Positions 39,259 to 51,700 of a stretch of DNA of 64,000 bases are shown one piece after another; positions within the stretch are counted from its first letter, which is position 1, and each line of letters opens with the position of its first letter. Under the pieces are notes generated by a model. It did no database searches. It was not told the origin of the DNA and saw only the letters and a list, made by a program, of their open reading frames with translations. The translations under genes were made by a program, and so were the position numbers. Origin of the DNA: Eledone cirrhosa (lineage: Eukaryota); contig OZ024760.1 of the NCBI GenBank assembly GCA_964016885.1, positions 12,090,001-12,154,000 on the forward strand, in the 5' to 3' direction.

Positions 39259-40071
39259 TTATAAATAAAACATTTAAAATGTCATATTGAACTTTAATAC
39301 TTAACACTTAATGACTTGGTGGTTGTTTCTAATTAAACCATAATACTTCCACGGGGTCAGCTAGTATTTACTACAGTTTAAAAATAGACGACAAAATATC
39401 TGAGATCTTGAGATCAATATATTTCCTTAGTAGTGATAGCTTTGTACAGTTATTCTTTGCCAGCACCTGTAATTCGAACCCAATATTGGAGTAGCTTCAA
39501 CAATCATTAATTTTACCCTTTTTCTCGTTTCAACTTTCTTTTGTTCTTTATTTTTGTTTATTTTGTTATTTAGTTTTTTTATTTTTATTATTACTTTTAT
39601 TATTTTTATTATTAGTTTTATCTATCTTTACTGCCGATAGTCTAGATTTTTCCTTTCTTTAAAAGCAAGTTACATTCTCTAGTTGAGTGTACAATTATTT
39701 TTATTTATAGCTTCTAGTTTTATTCTTTAAAAGCTGTGAATATAAAGCCTGAGAGAGGTGGTTGTTGTTGTTTGCTGGAAACATTGTGTAAAGTGTAGAG
39801 AATGCTGCTTTGTTAGAAGTCTACCTCAATATAAATTCGACGATAGATCGGTGAATATTAAAAAATCTGATGGTAACAAAGATGTTGAGATGCAGTTCCT
39901 TATTCCTCTTTATATTTTCAGTCCACCCTCATATATATATATATATATATAGTTATATATAGAGAGAGAGTTATACAAAGTATAACAATATCTGTTTCAA
40001 CACATGTTTTCAGATAAGAAATCTTGCAAAACAAATTCAAAAACGAAGTGTATATATACATACATATATAT

Positions 40072-40151
<80 letters not shown>

Positions 40152-40589
40152 ATTTCTTTTTAACTTACACAGTCTCCTCCCATCTAGATTGTGGTCAGAT
40201 ACATTAAATATTGTTCTGTGTCCTGTTGTGAATATTTATACAATAGAAAAACAGGTCTCAAGATATGGGCTTCGATATCACAAATTCCCCCACTAACAAA
40301 TGATTCACATGTAACGAATGTACAGTACAGTATTGTACTGTACAATACTGTACTGTATTGTATTAGATTGTATAAACAATATACTTCAGTGTCTGTTAGT
40401 AACCACACATATGCACATGCATGCACACACACACACACACATACACTACACACACACACCTACACACACGCAGTCTTTTGCTATAAACTTTACCAAGTAT
40501 CCATATATCATAACCTCCGTAATTCCATTAAATAGAAACATTGCATAAGCCAGTTATTTATGACAGAAGTAAGTCATGGGAAGGACTTT

Positions 40590-43343
40590 GGCCGGCAGGG
40601 GTTGATAAATACAACCTATTTGAGCTATTTTGTAGGCCAGCATGGGTTGATAAACACAACCTATTTGAGCTATTTTGTAGGCCTTTAAGGGTTGATAAAC
40701 ACAACCTATTTGAGCTATTTTGTAGGCCAGCATGGGTTGATAAACACAACCTATTTGAGCTATTTTGTAGGCCAGCATGGGTTGATAAACACAACCTATT
40801 TGAGCTATTTTGTAGACCAGCAAGGGTTGATAAATACAACCTATTTGAGCTATTTTGTAGGCCTTTAAGGGTTGATAAATACAACCTATTTGAGCTATTT
40901 TGTAGGCCAGCATGGGTTGATAAACACAACCTATTTGAGCTATTTTGTAGGCCAGCATGGGTTGATAAATACAACCTATTTGAGCTATTTTGTAGGCCTT
41001 TAAGGGTTGATAAATACAACCTATTTGAGCTATTTTGTAGGCCAGCATGGGTTGATAAACACAACCTATTTGAGCTATTTTGTAGGCCAGCATGGGTTGA
41101 TAAACACAACCTATTTGAGCTATTTTGTAGGCCAGCATGGGTTGATAAATACAACCTATTGGAGCTATTTTGTAGACCAGCAAGGGTTGATAAATACAAC
41201 CTATTTGAGCTATTTTGTAGGCCTTTAAGGGTTGATAAATACAACCTATTTGAGCTATTTTGTAGGCCAGCATGGGTTGATAAACACAACCTATTTGAGC
41301 TAATTTGTAGGCCTTTAAGGGTTGATAAACACAACCTATTTGAGCTATTTTGTAGGCCAGCAAGGGTTGATAAACACAACCTATTTGAGCTATTTTGTAG
41401 GCCTTTAAGGGTTGATAAATACAACCTATTTGAGCTATTTTGTAGGCCAGCAAGGGTTGATAAATACAACCTATTGGAGCTAATTTGTAGACCAGCAAGG
41501 GTTGATAAATACAACCTATTTGAGCTATTTTGTAGGCCTTTAAGGGTTGATAAATACAACCTATTTGAGCTATTTTGTAGGCCAGCATGGGTTGATAAAT
41601 ACAACCTATTGGAGCTAATTTGTAGACCAGCAAGGGTTGATAAATACAACCTATTTGAGCTATTTTGTAGGCCTTTAAGGGTTGATAAATACAACCTATT
41701 TGAGCTATTTTGTAGGCCAGCAAGGGTTGATAAATACAACCTATTGGAGCTAATTTGTAAACCAGCAAGGGTTGATAAACACAACCTATTTGAGCTATTT
41801 TGTACGCCAGCAAGGGTTGATAAACACAACCTATTTGAGCTATTTTGTAGGCCAGCAGGGGTTGATAAATACAACCTATTGGAGCTATTTTGTAGGCCAG
41901 CATGGGTTGATAAATACAACCTATTGGAGCTAATTTGTAAACCAGCAAGGGTTGATAAACACAACCTATTTGAGCTATTTTGTACGCCAGCAAGGGTTGA
42001 TAAACACAACCTATTTGAGCTATTTTGTACGCCAGCATGGGTTGATAAACACAACCTATTTGAGCTATTTTGTAGGCCAGCAGGGGTTGATAAATACAAC
42101 CTATTGGAGCTATTCTGTACGCCAGCATGGGTTGATAAATACAACCTATTGGAGCTATTCTGTAAACCAGCAAGGGTTGATAAACACAGCCTATTTGAGC
42201 TATTTTGTAGGCCAGCAAGGGTTGATAAATACAACCTATTTGAGCTATTTTGTAGGCCAGCAGGGGTTGATAAATACAACCTATTGGAGCTATTTTGTAG
42301 GCCAGCATGGGTTGATAAACACAACCTATTGGAGCTATTCTGTAGGCCAGCATGGGTTGATAAATACAACCTATTTGAGCTATTTTGTAGGCCTTTAAGG
42401 GTTGATAAACACAACCTATTTGAGCTATTTTGTAGGCCAGCATGGGTTGATAAACACAACCTATTTGAGCTATTTTGTAGGCCTTTAAGGGTTGATAAAC
42501 ACAACCTATTTGAGCTATTTTGTAGGCCTTTAAGGGTTGATAAACACAACCTATTTGAGCTATTTTGTAGGCCTTTAAGGGTTGATAAACACAACCTATT
42601 GGAGCTATTCTGTAGGCCAGCATGGGTTGATAAATACAACCTATTTGAGCTATTTTGTAGGCCTTTAAGGGTTGATAAACACAACCTATTTGAGCTATTT
42701 TGTAGGCCTTTAAGGGTTGATAAACACAACCTATTTGAGCTATTTTGTAGGCCTTTAAGGGTTGATAAACACAACCTATTGGAGCTATTCTGTAGGCCAG
42801 CATGGGTTGATAAATACAACCTATTTGAGCTATTTTGTAGGCCTTTAAGGGTTGATAAACACAACCTATTTGAGCTATTTTGTAGGCCTTTAAGGGTTGA
42901 TAAACACAACCTATTTGAGCTATTTTGTAGGCCTTTAAGGGTTGATAAACACAACCTATTTGAGCTATTCTGTAGGCCAGCATGGGTTGATAAATACAAC
43001 CTATTTGAGCTATTTTGTAGGCCTTTAAGGGTTGATAAATACAACCTATTTGAGCTATTTTGTAGGCCTTTAAGGGTTGATAAACACAACCTATTGGAGC
43101 TATTCTGTAGGCCAGCATGGGTTGATAAATACAACCTATTTGAGCTATTTTGTAGGCCTTTAAGGGTTGATAAATACAACCTATTTGAGCTATTTTGTAG
43201 GCCTTTAAGGGTTGATAAACACAACCTATTGGAGCTATTCTGTAGGCCAGCATGGGTTGATAAATACAACCTATTTGAGCTATTTTGTAGGCCTTTAAGG
43301 GTTGATAAACACAACCTATTTGAGCTATTCTGTAGGCCAGCAG
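40590..43343. repeat. 45-bp minisatellite, ~61 copies
   Basis: GTTGATAAAYACAACCTATTKGAGCTATTTTGTAGGCC(AGCATGG/TTTAAGG/AGCAAGG). Confidence 0.95.
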
Positions 43344-43774
43344 GAGCTCAGGTTGAGAGCAGATAAGATAGAATGAGTTCAAGGTGGAGCTAAAACGTTA
43401 CACTATCATTTCTTTGACAAGATTGTCGTACACATCAGAAATCAATAAATATCAGTTTTGCTTTTAAACCAATTCTATATTTATATTTATCTCTTTTCCA
43501 TTTAATTTCTATTTATAATTTGATTTCTAAAAATGGTTCCAGATTTTTATATCTAGCTGTCTGTCTATCTATCTACCTATATGTCTGTTTATCTATCTGT
43601 CTGTCACATTTTGATGCCTCTTGTTTCTGGAGATATGGTCAAATTTGGGCCTTGAACCTTGAGTAGTGCCTTTTTTCAGTGTATGAACATAAATGAATTA
43701 TATATATATATATATATATATATAAGTAAATTTGTTTTGAAACAGCGAGCGAGTTTGAAATTAGAAGTAGAAGC

Positions 43775-43941
43775 TTTCACTGTATTTTTTTACTAAAGAA
43801 ATTTCAGCCTGATAGTGGGGTTTAGAACCCTCTAAGAAATGGAAAAAAGATGTACATTAATACTCATCTTTTTCCATTTCTTTGAGGGTTCTAAACCTCA
43901 CTATCAGGTTAAAATTTCTTTAGTAAAAAAATACAGCGAAA
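43775..43941. repeat. ~77-bp-arm inverted repeat in a (TA)n-bounded insert
   Basis: TTTCACTGTATTTTTTTACTAAAG...AAAAAGATG versus CATCTTTTT...CTTTAGTAAAAAAATACAGCGAAA. Confidence 0.85.
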
Positions 43942-44502
43942 TGATATATATATCATCATCATCATCATCATTTTACGCCTGCTTTTCCCTGCTTATAATA
44001 ATAAATGTGAAGACTAAAACCCGAAGAGGGCTCCTGTTTTCCTTCGGTTGCAACGTTTTTCGAAATATTTACTTCTGCTTCCACAGATTGATTTTATTTA
44101 GTTTCAGAAGATCCTGTTAAGGGTGAAAGCAGCGATTCTTTGCTTAAACTTTAATCTGTTATTTTAATAAATAAATAAATATATATATATATATATATAT
44201 ATACTAATATATGAAGAAACATGAAACAAAATTTTAGTTATTCCATTTGTAAAACAATGGGTCACATACCATTCTATATATATAAACACAATATACCGTA
44301 ATAATTAAAACATTTTTCTCCAAGAGTCTTAAGACAACAAACAACATGTAATTCTGTAATATTATGTAAGATGGATTCTGCTTGGTAAGTATTTTAATAT
44401 TTTCTTTAAAGGAATAGGAATGTTTATTTTATCCTGTTTATGTTAGAAAGATTGCAATTTAGTAAAAGAATGAGAAGGAATTTGAAAAATTTGTCGTGTT
44501 AA

Positions 44503-44790
44503 CCCTTTAGCATTTACATTACTCTATATTTACTATTGTATTTTCACAATAAAGGCTTTACCTTATATAATATCTCACATAGTATTTACATTACTCTATA
44601 TATACTATTGTATTTTAACAGTAAAGGCTTTATCTTATATAATTATCTCACATAATATTGAATCTGTAGGATTTGATACTATTTATTTTGAGAACAATAA
44701 TTTAACATCAGTATAAGACAACCAGTTATGTCCAGTGAGAAAGAAGTGAGAGAATTCTGGCCAGATATGTCCGGTTTAAATGCTAAAGGG
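44503..44790 (+). mobile_element. piggyBac-type MITE with internal duplication
   Basis: TTAA-CCCTTTAGCATTTA...TAAATGCTAAAGGG-TTGA. Confidence 0.8.
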
Positions 44791-44964
44791 TTGAGGTCAA
44801 CAATTTTGGGGATAAGGAAAAGTCAATTAAATCAACAACCCAGTATGTTACTGGGACTTTATTTTATCAATGTTAAACGGTGAGTGATGATGATGTACAA
44901 TATATATATATATAGAAATAGCCGTCGAAACGGCTTGAGCTCTGCCGTCGGGGTTAAACTTTTT

Positions 44965-45009
<45 letters not shown>

Positions 45010-45011
<2 letters not shown>

Positions 45012-45318
45012 TGGCTGCCAACTCGTTTTCGAGTATGGCCACTACTTTATATCCATGTAGGAGAACCCCTACCAATGCACTGAACGAGTGTGACTTCTTA
45101 GTCCAGCCAGCGACTTGAAAACTCTGGTACAAACACTACACTTGTGACAATTATTGACACATAGTGCTGGGCCCATGGTACCATGTGACGACAAGTGCAG
45201 AGAGATCTCCAGATATAAAGCAATGCCTGTGCCGTGAAGCTTTTATAGTGAGCAAAGGCACTGCACAAAGCCAGTCCCTCTCTCTTAACCAAGATGATAT
45301 TTACCAAAAAGAAGAACA
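45010..45318 (-). mobile_element. Copy of the 4203-4809 element (3' part)
   Basis: High identity to 4500-4809. Confidence 0.85.
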
Positions 45319-45326
45319 ATATACAT

Positions 45327-45357
<31 letters not shown>

Positions 45358-45609
45358 TATATTTTCTGCTGTATCTATACTTTGTGATCCTGTCTCTATT
45401 TTTGTACTTTTGAAGAAGGGCTAAAGCCCAACATGTCGAACTTTCTTTCCCCTTTTCCATATAAAGCATGAAACTAATAAGACTTTATATCTATTTGTTG
45501 AGTCCTTGAACTATATATATATGTAAAAGGTAAACAGAAATAACAACACAATCGGTACAGTATATGGAAGGGATATATTAGGTTAACGCTTGATATAGCA
45601 GGAAGAGGG

Positions 45610-45645
45610 TCTTAACGTTTTGGACGCTAGTCCTTCATCAGAAGA
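45610..45645 (-). ncRNA. Minimal Penelope-type hammerhead (family I), G12 to A variant
   Basis: UCUU-CUGAUGA-A-GGAC(UAGC)GUCC-AAAA-CGUU-AAGA. Second copy at 62212-62246 (+). Confidence 0.6.
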
Positions 45646-45874
45646 AAGAATGAGAAATAAGATAGATTGAGGGGACGGGTGGGTTGGAATTGGAAAAAAT
45701 GTCTTTAGATAAAAATAACAGGTCCATTCATGTTGACATCTCTTTATATATATATCAATAAAATATGCGATTATAAAAATGAAAAAAGAAATAATTTCAT
45801 ATCCTTGACTTTTTTTTATACAATTGAATTTTTTTGTATATATTTATATCTTTTTTTTTTCTTTTTAATTCCAG

Positions 45875-46209
45875 GTATGACAACAATCTGTGGGATTACT
45901 ATAGTTATTTTCAAAGCGAAATATTCTCGTTTACTGTGGGCCACCTGGTTGTGTCTGACGGGAGCCCTACTTTTCTTTGTTGGATTAACGATAACATGGA
46001 AATTTCCCAAACTGAATATCCACTGGAGATCTGAGCCGGAGCTTGCCAGCGAAATTTCCAATGCCACGCCATTATCCACAATGTCGCGTGAATTTAACGA
46101 ACCTCCTCCGCCATATCATGTTGCTGTCAGTCAGAACTCTAACATGTCCTCAAACCAAACATCTAGTAACAGAAGTTATGTAGAAATCTCAAAACCTATA
46201 TATATATGA
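45875..46209 (+). CDS. Terminal exon of claudin/PMP22-like protein (end of TM3, TM4, tail)
   Basis: T-rich tract plus TTCCAG acceptor, phase 1 compatible with 15416. ...AFAG-MTTICGITIVIFKAKYSRLLWATWLCLTGALLFFVGLTITWK...EPPPPYHV...KPIYI*. Confidence 0.75.
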
Positions 46210-46253
46210 CAATAATTGTATTGCTGCCTGGGCAACGCCGGGTAGCCATGTAG

Positions 46254-46254
<1 letters not shown>
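46210..46254 (+). mobile_element. Helitron-like 3' terminus
   Basis: GC hairpin CCTGGGCAACGCCGGG followed ~8 nt later by GTAG-T (degenerate CTAG). Confidence 0.5.
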
Positions 46255-46288
<34 letters not shown>

Positions 46289-46443
46289 GTGTGTATATAT
46301 ATACATATACACACACACACACGTGTGTATATACACAGCCATATGTATATATATATGTGTGTGTGTATATATACATACACACACACACATATATATATAT
46401 ATTTGTGTATATATATATTTGTGTGTATATATATATATATATT

Positions 46444-46486
<43 letters not shown>

Positions 46487-46670
46487 TATATGAAATACTT
46501 GGCAAACTGGTATATACTATCCTAGGTACTCAGAATATGATCCGACTTTCTAAGTACCCAGAAAAGTATACGCCAGTTTGCTTTGTATTATATATAATAT
46601 ATTATATTTACCTCTATGTTTACATATTGAGGACTCTTTCTTTAGTGGTTACAACCCACATTCAGGCAAC

Positions 46671-46701
<31 letters not shown>

Positions 46702-47486
46702 GTATTTATATATATAAATGTATATATTTATTTATATATATAAATGTATATATTTATTTATATATATAAATGTATATATTTATTTATATATATAAATGTA
46801 TATATTTATACATATATATATGTATATACTTATACATATAATATAGATATATATTTATACATATAATGTATATATATACATACATATATATATATATACA
46901 TACATACACACACATATATAATATATAAAAAAAAAATTGCTATCTTTTTGATTATATGGAATCAAAAGAATTCAGACTGTCACGGAAGAAGTTTTCATTT
47001 TTATACCTCAGCATTTGGTATTCAATAATTGCCAAGAAAGGCATCTCCAGAATTCTGTGTTCTATATTCTTGGAAAAAATAATAATAAATATAACCAGAT
47101 ATAACTTTATTGAGCGGCGAAACTGCTGCCCAAACCACACACCTACCTTAATATTCTCCTCATGATCATAAAACCATGACGAAAAAATAATTACCTATTG
47201 ACTGATACTAAATCTACCGGATTTTAAATATTTGTATCTGTATATCTAAAGGTATGAGTGTGTGTGTTTGTTTGTGTGACTGTGTTTATGTATGTGTGAG
47301 AGTGTTTGTGTGTGTGTGTGAGAGAGTGTTTATGTCTTTGCATGCAGAAGAAAAATTTATGTATTTTTTTCTTGTACATAAAAGAAATATTTGTAATTTA
47401 AAATATCTGAAATTTTAAAGATTTCTTTCTTTTTTTTATCTTTATTTTTCTTCGTCAAGTCATTTTAATTGTTTATTACTTTTTCA

Positions 47487-47862
47487 TGTAGGTTTCACGA
47501 CAAAAATCACCCAGTCCACACTGTAAAGTGGTCGTGTAGGTGTCACAACAAAAAGCACTCAGTCCACACTGTAAAGTGGTTGTGTAGGTGTCACAACAAA
47601 AAGCATCCAGTCCACACTGTAAAGTAGTCATCTAGGTGTCACAACAAAAAGCATCCAGTCCACACTGTACAGTGGTCATGTAGGTATCACAACAAAAATC
47701 ACCTAGTCCACACTGTAAAGTGGTCGTGTAGGTGTCACAACAAAAAGCATCCAGTCCACACTGTAAAGTAGTCATCTAGGTGTCACAACAAAAAGCACCC
47801 AGTCCACACTGTAAAGTGGTCATGTAGGTGTGTCACAACAAAAAGCATCAAGTCCACACTGG
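47487..47862. repeat. 48-bp minisatellite (~8 copies) within an S2 SINE
   Basis: TGTAGGTGTCACAACAAAAAGCATCCAGTCCACACTGTAAAGTGGTCG. Reverse-complement relative of 16452-16848. Confidence 0.9.
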
Positions 47863-48168
47863 GCCCTTTTTGTCGTGGTTGGCATTAGGAAGTACATCCA
47901 GCTATAGAAATCAAGCCAGAAACAGTTTTGTATGAGCAAGACATTGTCATCTGACCATGGCTCCTCCAATAATTATATTTTTCTCCCCAAATTACCAGCA
48001 CACACTTATTTGTACATATGATACAATATATATACATGTTATGTTTATCACATATCAAAATTTGTTAATATCTTGATTGATATTTGATAACAGCTAAACT
48101 AATCAATACAACTAAATTGACCAAATTTGAACCCCCTCCAATTCAGAAATGCTTCCACCGCCCCTGTA

Positions 48169-48228
<60 letters not shown>

Positions 48229-49816
48229 AACGTAATGAAGACCTAACAAATCGTCCTTGTATTATTATATTTACACTCTGCTTAGTTCTACACCTCTTTA
48301 CAGATTTACTGACTGGATACTACGCATCAAGTGTTCTCTCGAGTGAACCTACAGTAACTGGACGTTACACTCCCTATATATATAAATGTGGTTTTGTCTT
48401 TGCGTGTACTTGTTCTCATTACTCCACATAATGACGTATTATCTTCGGTTTTGTCCGACCATTGCCAGGGAACGTCTTCACGAACCAAAGTATCGTCTTC
48501 GTGTTTTCCTTCGGTTGCAACATTTTTTGAAATATGTACTTCTGCGTTCACAGATTGATTTTTTTTGGTTTCAGAAGATCCCATTAAGGGTGAAAGCAGC
48601 GATTCTTTGCTTACACTTTAATCTGTTATTTTAATAAATATTTATATATATATATATATCGAGACACTGCATCCTTTAAAACCTCCATACTTCCTGAAAT
48701 TCGCCAACACTACGCCTGATATCCCCCTCCATACACACGCACACATGTATATCATGACTTGTACACTGTTCACTTCCCTGACATTTGTATATTATTCTAT
48801 GTACTATACATGCACCTTTGATGAGTCGTAGTGCACCTGAGCACTGTACACAATAATTTCATTATTATTATTATTATATATGTGTGTGTGTGTGTAGGTG
48901 TGTATTTAGTAGTGTTGTGATAAGAAGTTTTTCAATGCTTAACCGCCTGACCTCAATATATCCAGTTCTTACAATACATGTGGGTGTATAAAATGTACAA
49001 CATAATGAATCATCTTAATCAACTTATTACTCCAACTGCTTCTTCATTCATAAATACTTCACCCCTTCTCCCAACCAACACCCCATAATACCTCACCCCT
49101 TACTCCCAACCAACACCCCATAATATCTCACCCCTTACTCCCAACCAACACCCCATAATACCTCACCCTTACTTCAGCCAACACCCCAAGACAATCTTAC
49201 AAAGAAACTTTTGTATTTTATACTAAATAATGTTTTGAGATTTATTTTTTAATCTTATCTTCTACAACAGACTAAAATTATATTTTCCCAGTTACTGAAA
49301 AATGTTTACTTAATTCTTTCCTTACCATATTTCTAATGAAAGACACTGCCCGCTAACAGCATGAAATGGGTGCTGTTTTATAGTGACACCAATGCTGCCC
49401 CTTAACAGTGGTGGGGAAGCTTTGATGAGGTTGGGAGGAGGGCATTTATAAGAACTATTCAAAACTTTACACCACCACCTTCAACATACCACTATCACAC
49501 CACAATACTACCATCACCACCATACCACCACACCACCACCACCTTCACCATCACACCACCAACACCACCACCACACCACCACCAAGCTGTGTTAAACAAT
49601 GACAAACATCTTCAATGCCACAGGCTAAAAGAAAAAATGTAATTTTGCAGATAAATTTACCGGTATTTCAGTAATCTATTACATTTAGTTATGGATGCAG
49701 AGACCTTATCCCACCCCACACTATCACCATCACCACCACCAGCATCATTACCACTGCCATCCACCACCTCCAACACAACCAAAACAACGCCAGCACCACC
49801 ACTACCAACACCACTG

Positions 49817-49847
<31 letters not shown>

Positions 49848-51500
49848 CTCCACCTCTGCCACAACACCTAGGAGGTTCAGGTGGGGAGTGAGGTGTGAGG
49901 TAGAGGGAGGGGAAAGTTGTTAACTTTAAATAATTTCATATTTTCAGTTTTTTTCTTCAAAAATTTAATTTGCCTTAAGTTATTTTTCTGGAAATTTTAC
50001 ACAGATATTTTTTTAAATTTTATTTTATTTTATTTGTATGTGTGTGGTGGTGGGGAGCACGGTTGGTGGTGGTAGAGGGGGTGGGGGTATGCAAAACAAG
50101 TGGGGAGGGGGGGCATGTATGGTTAGCGGGAAGGGTACATACCGTTGGGGGTGGTGGTGATGATGCAAAACAAGTGTGTGTGTGTGTGGGGGGGATGCAG
50201 TAAAGCGTGTGGGGGGGGGGGGTATGGTTGTGGCTGGAGGGAGGTAGTACAGTAAGGTGGGTGATGATGCAAGACAAGTGTGTGTGTGTGTGGGGGAGGG
50301 GGGCTGCACATACGGTTAGGGGGTGATGATGCAGGACAAGTGAGGAGGGGTGGGGGTGGTACAATTGGTGGGTGGGAGCGTGCATGTACGGTAAGGCGGG
50401 TGATGCAAGACAATGTTCCTATATTCAGCACCCATTGTTAACTACAGTTGCAAATGTTTTTATTCTAGGGTGTAAAAAGTAGCAAAAAATAGTTTTCAAT
50501 TCTTTTGTTACCGAATATTTGTCAGAAAATTAGCAGAGTTATTAATTAGAGTTAATTTGAGAGTTATTAATTAGAACTTTGGTTGGAATACTTTTGCAGA
50601 ATTTATTGTGACTCTCTGGGATCTCTGAGTGTAAACCAAGCCACTGCCACCCAGGGACCGCCACCTTCTAGGTCAGCTTTGCCTTTCCTCCTTTAAAGGT
50701 TACTAAAAAAATAAGAAGAGTTGAAATTAATGCATACAAGATTTCACAGCTCTAGCATCACTCCTTCTTAGTCAGCCTATGAACTTTTCAGCCCAGCCTC
50801 TTAAAAGTTCATAGGCTGACCAAGATACTCTCATGGAATGACCAAATGATGTTTATTTTTCAACATAGTCCCTGGAAAGAAACAATGCAGTTATTATTAA
50901 GAAGAGTTGAAATTGATGCATGCACATGAAAGATTTCACAGCTCTAGCATCACTTTTTCATAGTCAAACAACGACCAAGATACTCTCACGGAATGACCAA
51001 ATGAGGTTTAAGATTTCATAGCTCTAGCATCACTCCTTCATAGTCAAACAATGACCAAGATACTCTCATGGAATGACCAAATGAGGTTTAAGATTTCACA
51101 GCAATAGCATCACTCCTTCATAATAGTCAGCCTATGAACTGTCCAGCCCGCCCTCATACACAATCTAAATATAGATATATAGATACTTGTCAAAACTTAT
51201 TCTCAAATTCTGTGTCCCTTTGTGAGTTCCAATGCTATGTCAGGAATGGAATTAAGTTTCACCAATTTTAGCTTCAGGCATTTTCTCATCTCTCTCTGCT
51301 ATGACCTTTAAGATAACTTGTATGATACAGTATAATAATCAGAGCAATCAATAATCTTTTGTTTCTTTGGTTGTTTAAAGATGATAGAGTGCCTTAGCTT
51401 TGTATGTTAATATGTCATCATCACCACCACTGTTTAATGTCCATTATTCCACACTAGCATGGGTTAGATGGGTTGTCCTGTTTGAGGCAAGTTGGGTTAA

Positions 51501-51700
51501 CCCTTTAGCATTAACATTACTCTATATTTGCTATAAAGAAATTATTATATTTTCTTGGTAAACACTTTATCTCACATAATATTGAATCTATGAGATTTTG
51601 ATATTTATTAACATCAGTATGAGTGGCCAGTTATAGCAGGGTTGAAGAGAAAGAGGTGAGAGAATTCTGGCCGGATATGGCCAGTTTAAATGCTAAAGGG
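51501..51700 (+). mobile_element. piggyBac-type MITE nested in an S2 SINE
   Basis: TTAA TSD at 51497-51500 and 51701-51704. The SINE halves rejoin when the MITE is removed. Confidence 0.85.

Noticed and set aside
40541-43382. 941/942/918-aa ORFs
   Set aside because: Translation of a 45-bp tandem array whose period is a multiple of 3. Open on both strands, with no unique domain or splice context.
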